DNA from: Deltaproteobacteria bacterium
GTDB taxonomy: Bacteria; Desulfobacterota; GWC2-55-46
Reading direction: 5' to 3'
Length of the DNA: 64,000 nt
Assembly: GCA_019912665.1 (NCBI GenBank)
Contig: JAIOIE010000018.1
Location: forward strand, 286,590-350,589
The notes under the pieces are model-generated. The model was given only the letters and a program-made list of their open reading frames with translations. It had not been told where the DNA came from and did no database searches. Shown in pieces: positions 27,296-37,382 of this stretch. Numbering within the stretch: the first letter of the stretch is position 1; the number at the start of each line of letters is the position of its first letter. A program made the position numbers and the translations under genes.

Positions 27296-29119
27296 ATGTA
27301 CAAGAAGATATCGGAATACGGCGTAATCGGGAATTTCCACTCCCTCGCGCTCATAGGGCTCGACGGCTCTATAGACTGGCTCTGCCTCCCCCACCTCTAT
27401 TCCCCAAGCATCTTCGGCGCGCTCCTGGATTCCGAAAAGGGCGGCTATTTCTCGATCACCCCGGCTGGCGAGTACGACTCGACAGCTGAATACCTGGAAA
27501 ACACGAACATACTCGCAACCTGCTTCAGGACCCGGCAGGGAGAGGCTACCCTTACCGACTTCATGACAATACCCTTCGGGCCGGAGGAGGAAAGAAAGAA
27601 GGAGCGCCATGAGCTCTACCGGCGTATCGAGGTCACGAAAGGAGAGATGGAGTTCCGGGTGTGCTTCGAGCCCAGGCTTGATTACGGGAGGGCCAGGACC
27701 GAAGTCAGCGGCATTGACGGGAAGATAAAGGCCGAGGCCGGGAGGGACAGCATCTACGTCGAGGCGACCAGGCCGCTTGAAGGCCTTGGAGACAGGGCTG
27801 CGGGGACATGGCTTATCAGGGAGGGCGAGACGGCCTGGCTCCACATGAGGTACGGCATTGATATAGAGCGCGGCTTCGACGTCGCGAAGGCCGAACGGGC
27901 GCTCGACCAGTCTGCCAGGTACTGGAGGATTTGGGCCAAGAAGAGCGAGACCGGGGTAAGGGTGGACCTCGGCCCCTACAAGGAGATGATAATACGATCG
28001 GCGCTGATACTTAAGCTCCTCTATTTCTACCCCAAGGGCACGATGGCGGCCGCGGCCACCACCTCGCTCCCTGAAGTGGTCAGGGGAGTAAGGAACTGGG
28101 ACTACAGGCACGCCTGGCTCCGGGACACCTTCTTCACCCTCGAAGCGCTCTTCAACATAGGCCATGACGAGGAGGCGCACGGTTATTTCGGCTGGATAGA
28201 GGAGCTTGTCATGAAGTACGGCCCGGCTATCCAGAGCGTATACGGCCTGAACGGCGAAAAGGACCTGCCCGAATGCGAGCTCGATCATCTCGACGGCTAC
28301 AAGGGCTCAAGGCCCGTAAGGATAGGCAACAACGCGGCGGCGCAGCGCCAGCACGATATATACGGGGAGATACTGAATGCCGTGCACAAGCACGCGGAGC
28401 TCACCGGGGAGCTCAACCCGAGGCTGTGGCCGTCGCTCCGGAGCATCTGCGATTTCGCAGCCGGGAGCTGGCGCAATAAGGACTACGGCATATGGGAGAT
28501 GAAGAGCGGCCCTCACCATTTCACATATTCGAAGGTCATGTGCTGGGCCGCGCTCGAAAGGGGCATAAGGCTAGCCGAGAGCTTCGGCCTGGACGGCGAC
28601 ACCAAAGGATGGAAGGGCGAGGCGGAGGAGATCAGGCGCGACATAATGGAGAAGGGCTGGGACGAGGGCAGGCTGGCATTCGTCCAGCACTACGAGACCG
28701 ACCGCATGGACGCAAGCAATCTCCTGATACCGATGGTGGGCTTCCTGCCGTTCGACGACCCAAGGGTCATATCGACGGTCGAAGCGACGAGGCGCGAGCT
28801 ATCGTTTAACGATTGTTTTTTTTACAGGTACAGGACCGATGACGGGCTGCCGGGAGACGAGGGCGCGTTCCTTATCTGCTCGTTCTGGTACATCGATTAC
28901 CTTATCGCCCGGTGGAGGCTCGAGGAGGCGGAGACATATCTCCGGAGGACGGAGACGGTCTCGAACCATCTCGGCCTTTTCTCGGAAGAGTACGATTTCA
29001 AATGGATGGAGCCGCTGGGGAATTTCCCCCAGGCATACACGCACCTCGGCTATATAAACTCGGTTCTCGCGCTCAGAAAGGCCAGGGCGGCCCTCAAAAG
29101 GGCCGGGCCGGTGATTTGA
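27296..29119 (+). CDS. glycoside hydrolase family 15 protein (glucoamylase / trehalase-like)
   Basis: 607 aa. N-terminal YGVIGNFHSLALIGLDGSIDWLCLPHLYSP signature of the bacterial GH15 family. Confidence 0.85.
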   Translation: MYKKISEYGVIGNFHSLALIGLDGSIDWLCLPHLYSPSIFGALLDSEKGGYFSITPAGEYDSTAEYLENTNILATCFRTRQGEATLTDFMTIPFGPEEERKKERHELYRRIEVTKGEMEFRVCFEPRLDYGRARTEVSGIDGKIKAEAGRDSIYVEATRPLEGLGDRAAGTWLIREGETAWLHMRYGIDIERGFDVAKAERALDQSARYWRIWAKKSETGVRVDLGPYKEMIIRSALILKLLYFYPKGTMAAAATTSLPEVVRGVRNWDYRHAWLRDTFFTLEALFNIGHDEEAHGYFGWIEELVMKYGPAIQSVYGLNGEKDLPECELDHLDGYKGSRPVRIGNNAAAQRQHDIYGEILNAVHKHAELTGELNPRLWPSLRSICDFAAGSWRNKDYGIWEMKSGPHHFTYSKVMCWAALERGIRLAESFGLDGDTKGWKGEAEEIRRDIMEKGWDEGRLAFVQHYETDRMDASNLLIPMVGFLPFDDPRVISTVEATRRELSFNDCFFYRYRTDDGLPGDEGAFLICSFWYIDYLIARWRLEEAETYLRRTETVSNHLGLFSEEYDFKWMEPLGNFPQAYTHLGYINSVLALRKARAALKRAGPVI

Positions 29120-29153
29120 CAGCCGATTCAACGGTGCTTTACTTGAATCATAA

Positions 29154-29588
29154 GTGGTGAATACAGGCGCGGGGATTATCATGGAAAAATGGGACGCATG
29201 GACTCCGGAGCGCTTTTTTTATCTTTTCATTGGGCTCGCCTATCTCATGGTCTGGGTACAGGTGCTCCTTATGCACTGGAGGGGCGCCTTCCGTTTCAGG
29301 ATCATGTGGGCCCCCGTGCTCGAGGCTCCGGTGCTTTCGCTCACGGGCATCGTCTTCGCCTTCGTGCACGGCGGCTGGCTCAACCCTCTCTTCGTAATCA
29401 TCTTCACTTTGGGCGCGCTTGGCGGCCTGGCCGGAACTTATTTCCATCTGAAAGGGATACGGCACTACATAGGCGGGTGGACCCTCAGAAACTTCATGGC
29501 AGGGCCGCCGCCCATGCTGCCGCTTACGTTCTCGGCGCTCTCGGCAGGGGCGCTCATCGTCTACTTCGTCTGGCACACGGGAGGATAG
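29154..29588 (+). CDS. hypothetical membrane protein (about 4 TM helices)
   Basis: 144 aa, hydrophobic. First of a three-gene cluster with GMC oxidoreductase. Start could be the internal Met at 29181. Confidence 0.5.
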   Translation: MVNTGAGIIMEKWDAWTPERFFYLFIGLAYLMVWVQVLLMHWRGAFRFRIMWAPVLEAPVLSLTGIVFAFVHGGWLNPLFVIIFTLGALGGLAGTYFHLKGIRHYIGGWTLRNFMAGPPPMLPLTFSALSAGALIVYFVWHTGG

Positions 29589-29589
29589 G

Positions 29590-30186
29590 ATGGCGCTCAC
29601 CGGGAAAGACTTCGAGGGCTTCATTGAGAACTGGGACGAGAAGGCCCGGCGCATCATTACGGAGCGCATGGATGGCCGTTTCACCCGGGAGCGCCTCGAG
29701 AGATTCACGCCCGGGGAGGGAGAGCTACTGCGGGCTATTTTAAAGCGCCTCATCCCGGAGGACGAAGGCATAGACCTCGTCGGCTTTCTCGACTGGGCGC
29801 TCGATAAGCCGCTCGGGCGCGGGGACAGGCCTGAAGGGATGCCTGAAGACCAGGTCCTTTTTAAAGAAGGGCTAAGGGGTATCGAGGAGAGCGTAAAGGC
29901 AGGGTATAATAAAAGCTCCTTCATTGAGCTTGCTCCTGATGAACAGGACCGGTTTCTAACGGCGCTCCAGGAAGGAAGGCTCGAAGGCGGGTTATGGGAA
30001 AGAATACCCCCTTCCTATTTCTTCATAAAGCTCCTTACAAAGGCGCTCACCGGTTACTGCTCGCACCCGCTCGTGTGGATGCGGATGGGATTTCCCGGCC
30101 CTAGCTATCCCGAGGGCTACGTATGGATAACACGCGAAGAGGTCTCGGCCAGACGGCGGCACACGCCAGGCTGGAAGACCCTTTAA
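29590..30186 (+). CDS. gluconate 2-dehydrogenase subunit 3 family protein
   Basis: 198 aa, typical size for this small-subunit family. Immediately upstream of the GMC oxidoreductase. Confidence 0.6.
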   Translation: MALTGKDFEGFIENWDEKARRIITERMDGRFTRERLERFTPGEGELLRAILKRLIPEDEGIDLVGFLDWALDKPLGRGDRPEGMPEDQVLFKEGLRGIEESVKAGYNKSSFIELAPDEQDRFLTALQEGRLEGGLWERIPPSYFFIKLLTKALTGYCSHPLVWMRMGFPGPSYPEGYVWITREEVSARRRHTPGWKTL

Positions 30187-30198
30187 AGAGGATACGTC

Positions 30199-31773
30199 AT
30201 GAAGCCCATGCGCGAGCTCATGAGAAGGTATGAGGGCCCGGTGGACGTCTGCATCGTTGGGGCAGGCGCGGCAGGGGCCGTGCTCGCAAAGGAGCTGTCC
30301 GAGAGCGGGTCGAGTGTCGTTGTAATAGAGGCCGGGCCCTGGCTCGACACCAGGGAGGATTTTGTAAACGACGAGCTCACCATGCTCGACGGCCGCATGG
30401 ACTGGGACGACTTGAGGATTACCGGCGGCAAGGACCCTATCCCCCTTGGGAGGAACAACACGGGAAGGGCGGTCGGCGGGAGCACGGTCCATTATACGGC
30501 AGCCACGCTACGGCTCCACGAGGACGACTTTGAATTAAAGACGCGCGAGGGCATAGCCGACGACTGGCCCATAAAGTACCATGAGCTCGCCCCGTATTAC
30601 GACAGGGTGGAAAGGTATCTCGGCGTATCCGGGCCCAGGCGCTTCCCATGGCCGCCGCACCACGGGCCGTTCCCTTATCCTGAGCTACCCTGGAGCGCTA
30701 GGGACCAGTACCTGGGCCGGGGAATGATACGGCTCGGGCTCACTCCCGCCAAGGCGCCGCACGCCATAATAACCGGCTCAAAGGACGGCAGGTCCCCGTG
30801 CATGATGTACGGCTTCTGCACGAACGGCTGCAAATCCGACGCAAAGTCGAGCACCCTCGTTACCTACATACCTGATGCGGTCAGGGCCGGGGCCGAGATA
30901 CGGGAGAACTCTTTCGCTATCAGGGTTAACACGAGGCAGGACGGCCTGGCAAAATCAGTCACATACGTGCGCGATGGCAAGGAGCACGAGCAGGAGGCCG
31001 GGATAATAATCCTTTCATGCTACGCGGTAGAGACGCCTAGGCTCCTTTTAAACTCCGCCCCCGGAGGGCTTGCGAATTCGAGCGGCCTGGTCGGGAGGAA
31101 CTTCATGGTCCACCTCGGGGACAACGTCATCGGGAGCTTCGATGAGCCGTTGGACAACTGGGTCACCCCGCCCGTGGGCATCATGAACCAGGACCGCTAC
31201 GGCACGATAAAGGGCAAGGATTTTGTCCGGGGCTATACGCTCGAAGCCTACAACATGTTCCCCATAGAGTTCTACACGAGCTTCGTCGAGGGGAATCCCC
31301 ATCTCTGGGGAAAACGCCTTATGGACTTCATAGACTCCTACCAGAACCGGACCATGATAGGGAATGTGGGCGAGGTACTGCCGAGCGAGGACAATTATGT
31401 GGGACTGGCCGCCGAGACGGACCAAAACGGAGTGCCCGTAGCGAAGGTGGTCTTTTCGAGGGACGAGAACACGAGGAAGCTTTCGAAGGACTCGATGGAC
31501 CTCTGCGAGGAAATACTGAAGGCGGCAGGGGCCAAAGACATAATGCGCCAGGAATCGACCATACACGTATTGGGGACCTGCAGGATGGGGAATGACCCGG
31601 CAAATTCGGTGGTGGACAGGTGGTGCCGCTCGCACGATATCCCGAACCTCTTCATATGCGACGGGAGCGTCTTCGTAACCGGAGGCGGGGTGAACCCGAG
31701 CCTTACGATAGAAGCGCTCTCAACGAGGACGGCGGAGCACATACTGAAATACGGCAGCACAAAGGCCGCCTGA
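30199..31773 (+). CDS. GMC-family FAD-dependent oxidoreductase
   Basis: N-terminal FAD fold VCIVGAGAAGAVLAKEL. GMC C-terminal region. Confidence 0.85.
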   Translation: MKPMRELMRRYEGPVDVCIVGAGAAGAVLAKELSESGSSVVVIEAGPWLDTREDFVNDELTMLDGRMDWDDLRITGGKDPIPLGRNNTGRAVGGSTVHYTAATLRLHEDDFELKTREGIADDWPIKYHELAPYYDRVERYLGVSGPRRFPWPPHHGPFPYPELPWSARDQYLGRGMIRLGLTPAKAPHAIITGSKDGRSPCMMYGFCTNGCKSDAKSSTLVTYIPDAVRAGAEIRENSFAIRVNTRQDGLAKSVTYVRDGKEHEQEAGIIILSCYAVETPRLLLNSAPGGLANSSGLVGRNFMVHLGDNVIGSFDEPLDNWVTPPVGIMNQDRYGTIKGKDFVRGYTLEAYNMFPIEFYTSFVEGNPHLWGKRLMDFIDSYQNRTMIGNVGEVLPSEDNYVGLAAETDQNGVPVAKVVFSRDENTRKLSKDSMDLCEEILKAAGAKDIMRQESTIHVLGTCRMGNDPANSVVDRWCRSHDIPNLFICDGSVFVTGGGVNPSLTIEALSTRTAEHILKYGSTKAA

Positions 31774-31782
31774 AAAAGAGAC

Positions 31783-32982
31783 TCACCTCTCCATCCGGGT
31801 TATCCTTGAGCCGTCCTCAAGCGATTCGTCCGGATTCACCACAATCTCTTCGCCTTCCGAGAGGCCTGAGAGCACCTCGGCCGTAAAGCCGTTCCTGTGG
31901 CCTATTTCTACTCTCCTCTCCCTCGCCCTGCCGTTATCTACCACGAAGACCGCGTCTCGGTCCCCGGACCTGAAAAGGGCGCTTACCGGGACCTTGAGGG
32001 CGCTCTCCTCCTCCCAGACCACGAATCTCGTCTCCACCCTGTAGCCGTCCCCGAGCCTCTCCCAGGTCTCGGCAGGGGAGAGGATATCCACGGTAACGAA
32101 GACCCTCTGCTCCTCGACCCCGAGGCTCGATACCTTCGTAAACGCCGAAGGCTCGACAATCCGGACGCTCCCGTCGAGCGGCACGCCCCCTCCCCACCTC
32201 TCTATGATGACAGGAGTGCCGGGGCGAAGAAGCACCGCATCCGACGAGAGCACCTCCGCGCGTATCTCGAGGGCTCCGGTGTTGCCGATGTCTATTAGCG
32301 GCTCCCCTGCCCTTACGGCCCCTTCGCTCTCGCGGTGGAGCCTCAAGACCCGCCCGGCGATCGGGCTTTTGACCTCGACAATCCTTTGGCCGTCTGCTTC
32401 CGGGCCTTCGCCCGCGGGCATGAGCGCGGCCCGCGCCCTCTGGAACTCGGACCGCGCCGCGTTCACGTTCGCCTCGGCTGAGTTAAGCACTGCTTCGGCC
32501 TGCCTGGCGGCGGCCTCGACCCGGTCCATCTCGCTTCTCGGGACGTGTCCGCCCCTAAAGAGCTCCCTGGTCCTCGAAAGCGTCTCCCTGGCGTACTCGG
32601 CCTCGGCGCGCCTCGCTTGAGCCACCTCCCTTGCCGCGCGTAACGACGCCTCGGCTGCGGAGACCGCCGCCTCGGAAGCCGCCCTTGTCCTCGGGTCGAG
32701 AGGCTCTGACCGGAGTGGCTCGATGACTGCGAGCGTTCCGCCTTCAGACACGGTTGTCCCGGCCCTCAGGTCTATTCGCCTGAGATGCCCCGATACAGGG
32801 GCCGATACGACGAACCTGTCGGTGACGACCGCCCTGCCTTCCTCGGTCACGGTAACCGACATGGGACCGCGCTCGACTGACGCCGTCTCGATCCTTACGG
32901 GCTTGGGCATGAGCCCGTAGATAACGGCCAGGACGATGATGATTATTCCGGCCGCAATCAATATCTTCTTTCTCGAATCCAT
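31783..32982 (-). CDS. efflux periplasmic adaptor (HlyD/MacA-like membrane fusion protein)
   Basis: N-terminal TM anchor, long Ala/Arg-rich coiled-coil, beta-barrel and lipoyl-like segments. Confidence 0.8.
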   Translation of the reverse strand: MDSRKKILIAAGIIIIVLAVIYGLMPKPVRIETASVERGPMSVTVTEEGRAVVTDRFVVSAPVSGHLRRIDLRAGTTVSEGGTLAVIEPLRSEPLDPRTRAASEAAVSAAEASLRAAREVAQARRAEAEYARETLSRTRELFRGGHVPRSEMDRVEAAARQAEAVLNSAEANVNAARSEFQRARAALMPAGEGPEADGQRIVEVKSPIAGRVLRLHRESEGAVRAGEPLIDIGNTGALEIRAEVLSSDAVLLRPGTPVIIERWGGGVPLDGSVRIVEPSAFTKVSSLGVEEQRVFVTVDILSPAETWERLGDGYRVETRFVVWEEESALKVPVSALFRSGDRDAVFVVDNGRARERRVEIGHRNGFTAEVLSGLSEGEEIVVNPDESLEDGSRITRMER

Positions 32983-32985
32983 ATG

Positions 32986-35349
32986 CTATTCCCTCGCCTT
33001 CAGGACTTCTACCAGGTCCAGCCTGTCGAGCCTTCTCCTGACTATGAGGCCCGAGACCGCGGCAGAGCCCAGGACCACGGCCGCGGACATTGAATATGTC
33101 GACAGGTCTATCACGAGAGGGAGGCGGAAGAGGTCTGAACCCAGCTCCGTAACCAGATAAGCCGCTATCCCGCTCCCGAAAAGAAACCCCAGCGGCACCG
33201 AAGCGAGCGTAAGGACCGCAAGCTCCCCGAGGAGTATATAGGATATCTCCCCCCTGGTATACCCCAAAACCCGAAGGCTCGCAAGCTCCCTGCTCCTCTC
33301 CGAGAGCGCGATGCGGGCGGTATTGTAGATTACGCCGAAGGCGATCGTCGCGGCAAGCAGCGTGGCAATGAATGTAAAAAACAGGAGGAACTCCGCCTGG
33401 GTCTCGTAGAAGTTCCTTATCTCGTCGGTCCTCACTGACGTGCCAGCCACCTTCGGCATGCTCGAGAGTTCGCCGTATATCTCCGGCAAGCGGCCCCGGT
33501 CTATCACGAGGTTTGCCCCGGTCACCGCATTCCCCTCGCCCGCGAGCCTGTTAAGCTCGTCTATATCCATGTAAGCAGAGACCCCGATGTATTGCTTGAC
33601 GAGCATCGCTACAGGCACCTCCACGACCGGCTTTGCGCCCTCAAGCACTTCGACGGTCACGACGTCCCCGGGCCCGGCTCCGAGAACGCTGCCCAGGTAG
33701 TCGGTCAATACGAGCCCCTGAGGCGGGACCTCTATCGGATTGAGCTCTATATCAAGGAGGTCCTGGAGGCGGCTTTCAGGCGACACTCCCTGCACCGCGG
33801 TCCTGTAGCTCCTGTGCTTGAACCTGAGCCTCGCGGGTACGGACCTCGCAGGCTCGGCCCTGTAGACACCCTCGACGCCTTCGAGGTCGTAAAGGGCCTT
33901 CCATGAGACCGGGCCCGTGAAGGTGACCCTCATGTCCTCCCTCTGCGCGAGCCTGAACTGCACGTCTATAAGGTAATCCACGGCGTCCCCGAAGAAGATG
34001 CCCGCTATGAGTATCGCTCCGGCGAGCGATATGCCGATTATCGAAAGAAGGGACTTTATCGGCCTCCTCTCTATATTCCTGATTATCATCCTCGACGGCT
34101 GGGACAGCACGCGGCCGAACCCGAGCCTGTCGAGGAGCGTCTGCCTGTACCTTGCCGGAGGCTCCGGCCGCAAGGCTTCTGCTGGCGGAAGGGCAGCGGC
34201 CCGGTAGACGGCGAAAATCGTCCCGGCAAGGGCCGCGGCGCCGGTTATGGCGGAAGCCATGATGACGACACCGGGCCTCAGGTCGTAAAGGAGGTACGGG
34301 AACCTGTAAAACTCCATGTAGAGGCCGGAAAGCCTTGTCCCGAGCCACGCGCCAAGGGCGAGCCCGCCCGCTGTACCCGCGAGAACGATTAGCAATATGA
34401 GCTGCACGTAATGGAGGCCGATCGCGAAGTTGCCGTACCCGAAAGCCTTAAGCGCGGCTATCTGCTCGCGCTGCGTGCTCACGGTCCGGCTTATGACGAC
34501 GTTGAGGAGGAACGCGGCCACTCCTATGAATATGGCCGGGAATATGGTCGCGCTCCTTTCGAGCTGGTTGAACTCCTCGGTAAGATACCTGTGCGAGACC
34601 TGGTCCTCGCGCGTGGTCGCGCCGAGCCCGCCGTACCGGGCGAGCATCTCATCGAGCCTCGTTATCACCTGCGAGGGGTCCGCCCCGGAAGAGAGCGAGG
34701 CGACTACGTCGTTGAACGCGCCATCCATGTCATAGGCCGCCTCGACAGCGTCCCTGGTCATCCAGACTATCGCGTACCGCTTGTAGTCCGGGCTCAAGGC
34801 CCCGGGCCTTACCTGCAGGATGAACTCCGGCGAGAGCGCGATGCCGGTAATCTTGAGGCCCTTCATCCGGCCTTCGATTATCGCGTTTACGGTATCCCCG
34901 ATTTTCAGCCCGTGCGCCTCGGCAAATGCTTCGCTCAAGACCGACTCGTCGTCCTTAACCGGGTCCGGGAGCCTGCCCTGCCTCAGGTGGAGCCTGTTGA
35001 GGCGCGCGGGCGCATCCGACGGGAGTGAGATGAGCATGGCCGTAACCGGCTCTCCGAACCCACTTACCTCAAGTCTTACGTCGGCAACCACCCTGGTTTC
35101 GACCAGCTCGATCCCGGGAATCTCCTCTATCCTCTCCCTTAGGCCCTCGGGCGCTCGCTTAAGCCTCGCAAAAACATCGGCAAAGCCGTATTCCCTGTAG
35201 AACGTATCCCTCATGAGCTTCAAGGAGTCCATCGTGCTCACGAGGAGTATGAAAGTCGCTACCCCGCTCGCAATGACCAGGGCTATGGCGAGCGACTGCC
35301 CCCTCATCCTCCAGAGGTCCCTTATGAGCTTTTTATCAAGCGCCTTCAT
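32986..35349 (-). CDS. ABC transporter permease with duplicated FtsX/MacB-type domains
   Basis: 787 aa. Two halves, each with a large periplasmic domain followed by FtsX-like 4-TM bundles. Confidence 0.85.
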   Translation of the reverse strand: MKALDKKLIRDLWRMRGQSLAIALVIASGVATFILLVSTMDSLKLMRDTFYREYGFADVFARLKRAPEGLRERIEEIPGIELVETRVVADVRLEVSGFGEPVTAMLISLPSDAPARLNRLHLRQGRLPDPVKDDESVLSEAFAEAHGLKIGDTVNAIIEGRMKGLKITGIALSPEFILQVRPGALSPDYKRYAIVWMTRDAVEAAYDMDGAFNDVVASLSSGADPSQVITRLDEMLARYGGLGATTREDQVSHRYLTEEFNQLERSATIFPAIFIGVAAFLLNVVISRTVSTQREQIAALKAFGYGNFAIGLHYVQLILLIVLAGTAGGLALGAWLGTRLSGLYMEFYRFPYLLYDLRPGVVIMASAITGAAALAGTIFAVYRAAALPPAEALRPEPPARYRQTLLDRLGFGRVLSQPSRMIIRNIERRPIKSLLSIIGISLAGAILIAGIFFGDAVDYLIDVQFRLAQREDMRVTFTGPVSWKALYDLEGVEGVYRAEPARSVPARLRFKHRSYRTAVQGVSPESRLQDLLDIELNPIEVPPQGLVLTDYLGSVLGAGPGDVVTVEVLEGAKPVVEVPVAMLVKQYIGVSAYMDIDELNRLAGEGNAVTGANLVIDRGRLPEIYGELSSMPKVAGTSVRTDEIRNFYETQAEFLLFFTFIATLLAATIAFGVIYNTARIALSERSRELASLRVLGYTRGEISYILLGELAVLTLASVPLGFLFGSGIAAYLVTELGSDLFRLPLVIDLSTYSMSAAVVLGSAAVSGLIVRRRLDRLDLVEVLKARE

Positions 35350-35350
35350 G

Positions 35351-36061
35351 TTACCAATGGAGCTCCCTCGGGGGTTTCTTTACGGGATTGGAGAGGACCT
35401 CCGAGATGTGACCGTTACTCAGGTGGATGACGCGGTCGGCCATGCCCGCGATGTCGGAGTTGTGGGTTATGACCGCGGTCGTAGTGCCGAGCTCCCTGTT
35501 TATCCTGTCGAGAGCCTCAAGAACGACTATGCCTGTCTCTGAATCGAGCGCGCCCGTGGGCTCGTCGCAGAGAAGCACGTCGGGGTTCTTCGAGATGGCC
35601 CGGGCTATCGCGACCCTCTGCTGCTCGCCCCCGGAGAGCTGGGCCGGGAAGTGATCGAGCCTTTCGCCGAGGCCTACAATTGAGAGCGCATCTTCAGGCC
35701 GCATCGGCTTCGCCGCTATCTCCGTGACCACGGCGACGTTCTCCCTCGCGGTGAGGCTCGGTATGAGGTTATAGAACTGGAAGACGAAGCCAACGTGGAA
35801 GCGGCGGTACTCGGTAAGCTCCGCCTCATTTGCCCTGGTAAGCTCCCTTTCCCTGTACATGACTTTGCCGCTTGTGGCCACGTCCAGACCGCCCATAATG
35901 TTCAAGAGGGTGGATTTGCCGCTCCCGGAAGGGCCGAGGAACACTACAAGCTCCCCGGACCAGAGCTCGAGGTCCACTCCCCTCAAGGCGTGCACCTCCA
36001 CCTCGCCCATCCGGTAGACCTTCGTAAGGCCTTGTATGCTGAAGACCAGGTCCCTTTGCAT
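35351..36061 (-). CDS. ABC transporter ATP-binding protein (MacB/LolD-type)
   Basis: Walker [16 protein letters not shown] signature [14 protein letters not shown], Walker [12 protein letters not shown]. Confidence 0.9.
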   Translation of the reverse strand: MQRDLVFSIQGLTKVYRMGEVEVHALRGVDLELWSGELVVFLGPSGSGKSTLLNIMGGLDVATSGKVMYRERELTRANEAELTEYRRFHVGFVFQFYNLIPSLTARENVAVVTEIAAKPMRPEDALSIVGLGERLDHFPAQLSGGEQQRVAIARAISKNPDVLLCDEPTGALDSETGIVVLEALDRINRELGTTTAVITHNSDIAGMADRVIHLSNGHISEVLSNPVKKPPRELHW

Positions 36062-36166
36062 CTCTCCTCCAAGGAACGGTTCTCAGAGGCAATTATAAGC
36101 GGATACAGAATGGAAGGCTACCGGAAATGGAGCCGGATTATGGAGAGGCGGGCCTGAAACGAAGAT

Positions 36167-36541
36167 TTACGGAATATGCGCGTAAAAGACCTCTATCGCG
36201 CTCTTGACCGCAATAGCAAAGACCTGGTTCTCACGCCGGAAAATGGTCAGCATCTTGCCGATACACACCAACTCTTCAGGGCTTGCCTCGGCGCATACGG
36301 AATGGCGGTCCGGAGCCGCTCGATATGGGTCCACCCGGGGCCCTCCGTTGCCCTTAACAAGCCAGTCAAGGGAGACCTCGAATTTTTCGGAAAACTTGAG
36401 AACCAGTGACGACGGGATAGCTCCCCTTTTGCGGTAATTGGAAATCGCCTGCGGGCTGACCCCGAGCGCCTCAGCCAGACTCGAGCCGGTCTTCAGACCC
36501 GAAGCCTGCATCATGCGGCTAAGCACATCGTTTCCGGACAT
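36167..36541 (-). CDS. phage CI-repressor-type HTH transcriptional regulator
   Basis: LAEALGVSPQAISNYRKRGAIPSSLVLKFSEKFEVSLDWLVKGNG matches the Phage_CI_repr HTH domain. Immediately upstream of the efflux operon on the same strand. Confidence 0.65.
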   Translation of the reverse strand: MSGNDVLSRMMQASGLKTGSSLAEALGVSPQAISNYRKRGAIPSSLVLKFSEKFEVSLDWLVKGNGGPRVDPYRAAPDRHSVCAEASPEELVCIGKMLTIFRRENQVFAIAVKSAIEVFYAHIP

Positions 36542-36575
36542 TTACAATCCCTTTCCAAACCCTTGCTGAACGCCG

Positions 36576-36650
36576 TTGACCTGTATACGAAAAAGTGATA
36601 TAAACTTTATGATTTTTACGCAATTTACCATTTTGCGTAAATCATGTCAA
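36576..36650. promoter_or_regulatory. divergent overlapping sigma70-like promoters with shared palindromic operator
   Basis: Plus-strand promoter: TTGACC (36576-36581), 17-nt spacer, TATAAA (36599-36604). Minus-strand promoter: TTGACA (complement 36645-36650), 17-nt spacer, TAAATT (complement 36622-36627). Operator inverted repeat TTTACGCAA-N9-TTGCGTAAA (36615-36641) overlaps the minus -10/spacer and lies just downstream of the plus TSS. A second palindrome ATAAAcTTTAT (36600-36610) overlaps the plus -10. Confidence 0.45.
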
Positions 36651-36663
36651 CAGGATTTTTAAT

Positions 36664-37344
36664 TTGGACGGACAAAAAACAACTCTTGGTGAAAGAATCA
36701 GGCAGGTACGGGAAGGCTTATTGAACCTCAACCAGGCCGAATTTGCAGGGAAATTGGGTTTTTCCAGGCTTGCCACAATAAGTGATTACGAGACCGACAA
36801 ACGTGCCCCTGACATTGCGACATTGCGTAAAATAGCCTACATGGGGAGCGTGAGTCTCGACTGGCTCCTTACCGGCCAGGGTCGCCTCTCTCTACTTGAC
36901 CCTGGGTGGGTCGGCTCGGTAAAGGACGGCTCGGTTGTTTACGGGGGAGGGGATTTCATAAAGGTAAACATATACGACCCGGCCACGGCAGGCCCTCCGA
37001 GGGAGTTCCCGGCCACCGACCCCATCGGCTCGATCATGGTTCCGTCAGCGGACTGCGCTCCGGGGACAGCGGCTGTGAAGGTGCTTGGGGACGGCATGAG
37101 GCCATCCATACTGGACGGCACGGTCGCAGGCGTTCATACCGGTGATAAACGGGTGACAAGCGGAAATATATATGCCGTGTGGCTTGACTTCGAAGGCATT
37201 ACGCTTAAAAGGCTCTTCGCCTACCCGGACAGGATAGTGCTTAAGCCGGACAATCCTGCTTTCCCCGAGACAGCGGTATACAACGGAAACTCGAAAAAAG
37301 AATTCATAATAGGCAGGGTCGCCTGGGTGTACCAGAGGTACTGA
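36664..37344 (+). CDS. LexA/CI-like repressor: N-terminal XRE HTH plus C-terminal S24-peptidase-like domain with GDGM (Ser-to-Gly) in place of catalytic GDSM
   Basis: N-terminal LGERIRQVREGLLNLNQAEFAGKLG HTH. C-terminal VLGDGMRPSILDGTV...ITLKRL...IGRVAWVYQRY aligns to the LexA C-terminal domain with the Lys retained but the nucleophile Ser replaced by Gly. Confidence 0.7.
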   Translation: MDGQKTTLGERIRQVREGLLNLNQAEFAGKLGFSRLATISDYETDKRAPDIATLRKIAYMGSVSLDWLLTGQGRLSLLDPGWVGSVKDGSVVYGGGDFIKVNIYDPATAGPPREFPATDPIGSIMVPSADCAPGTAAVKVLGDGMRPSILDGTVAGVHTGDKRVTSGNIYAVWLDFEGITLKRLFAYPDRIVLKPDNPAFPETAVYNGNSKKEFIIGRVAWVYQRY

Positions 37345-37382
37345 TTGCCGCGCCATTTCAACCTTGGCATGCGGGAGCCCGG

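Noticed and set aside
27089-28288. 399-aa minus-strand ORF across the 2-hydroxyacid dehydrogenase / GH15 junction
   Set aside because: Antisense to two confidently identified plus-strand genes. No domain signal.
36167-37344. Prophage remnant hypothesis for the CI-like/LexA-like pair
   Set aside because: No integrase, excisionase, phage structural or lysis genes, nor att-like repeats, occur in the flanks. I treat it as a domesticated regulatory switch instead.
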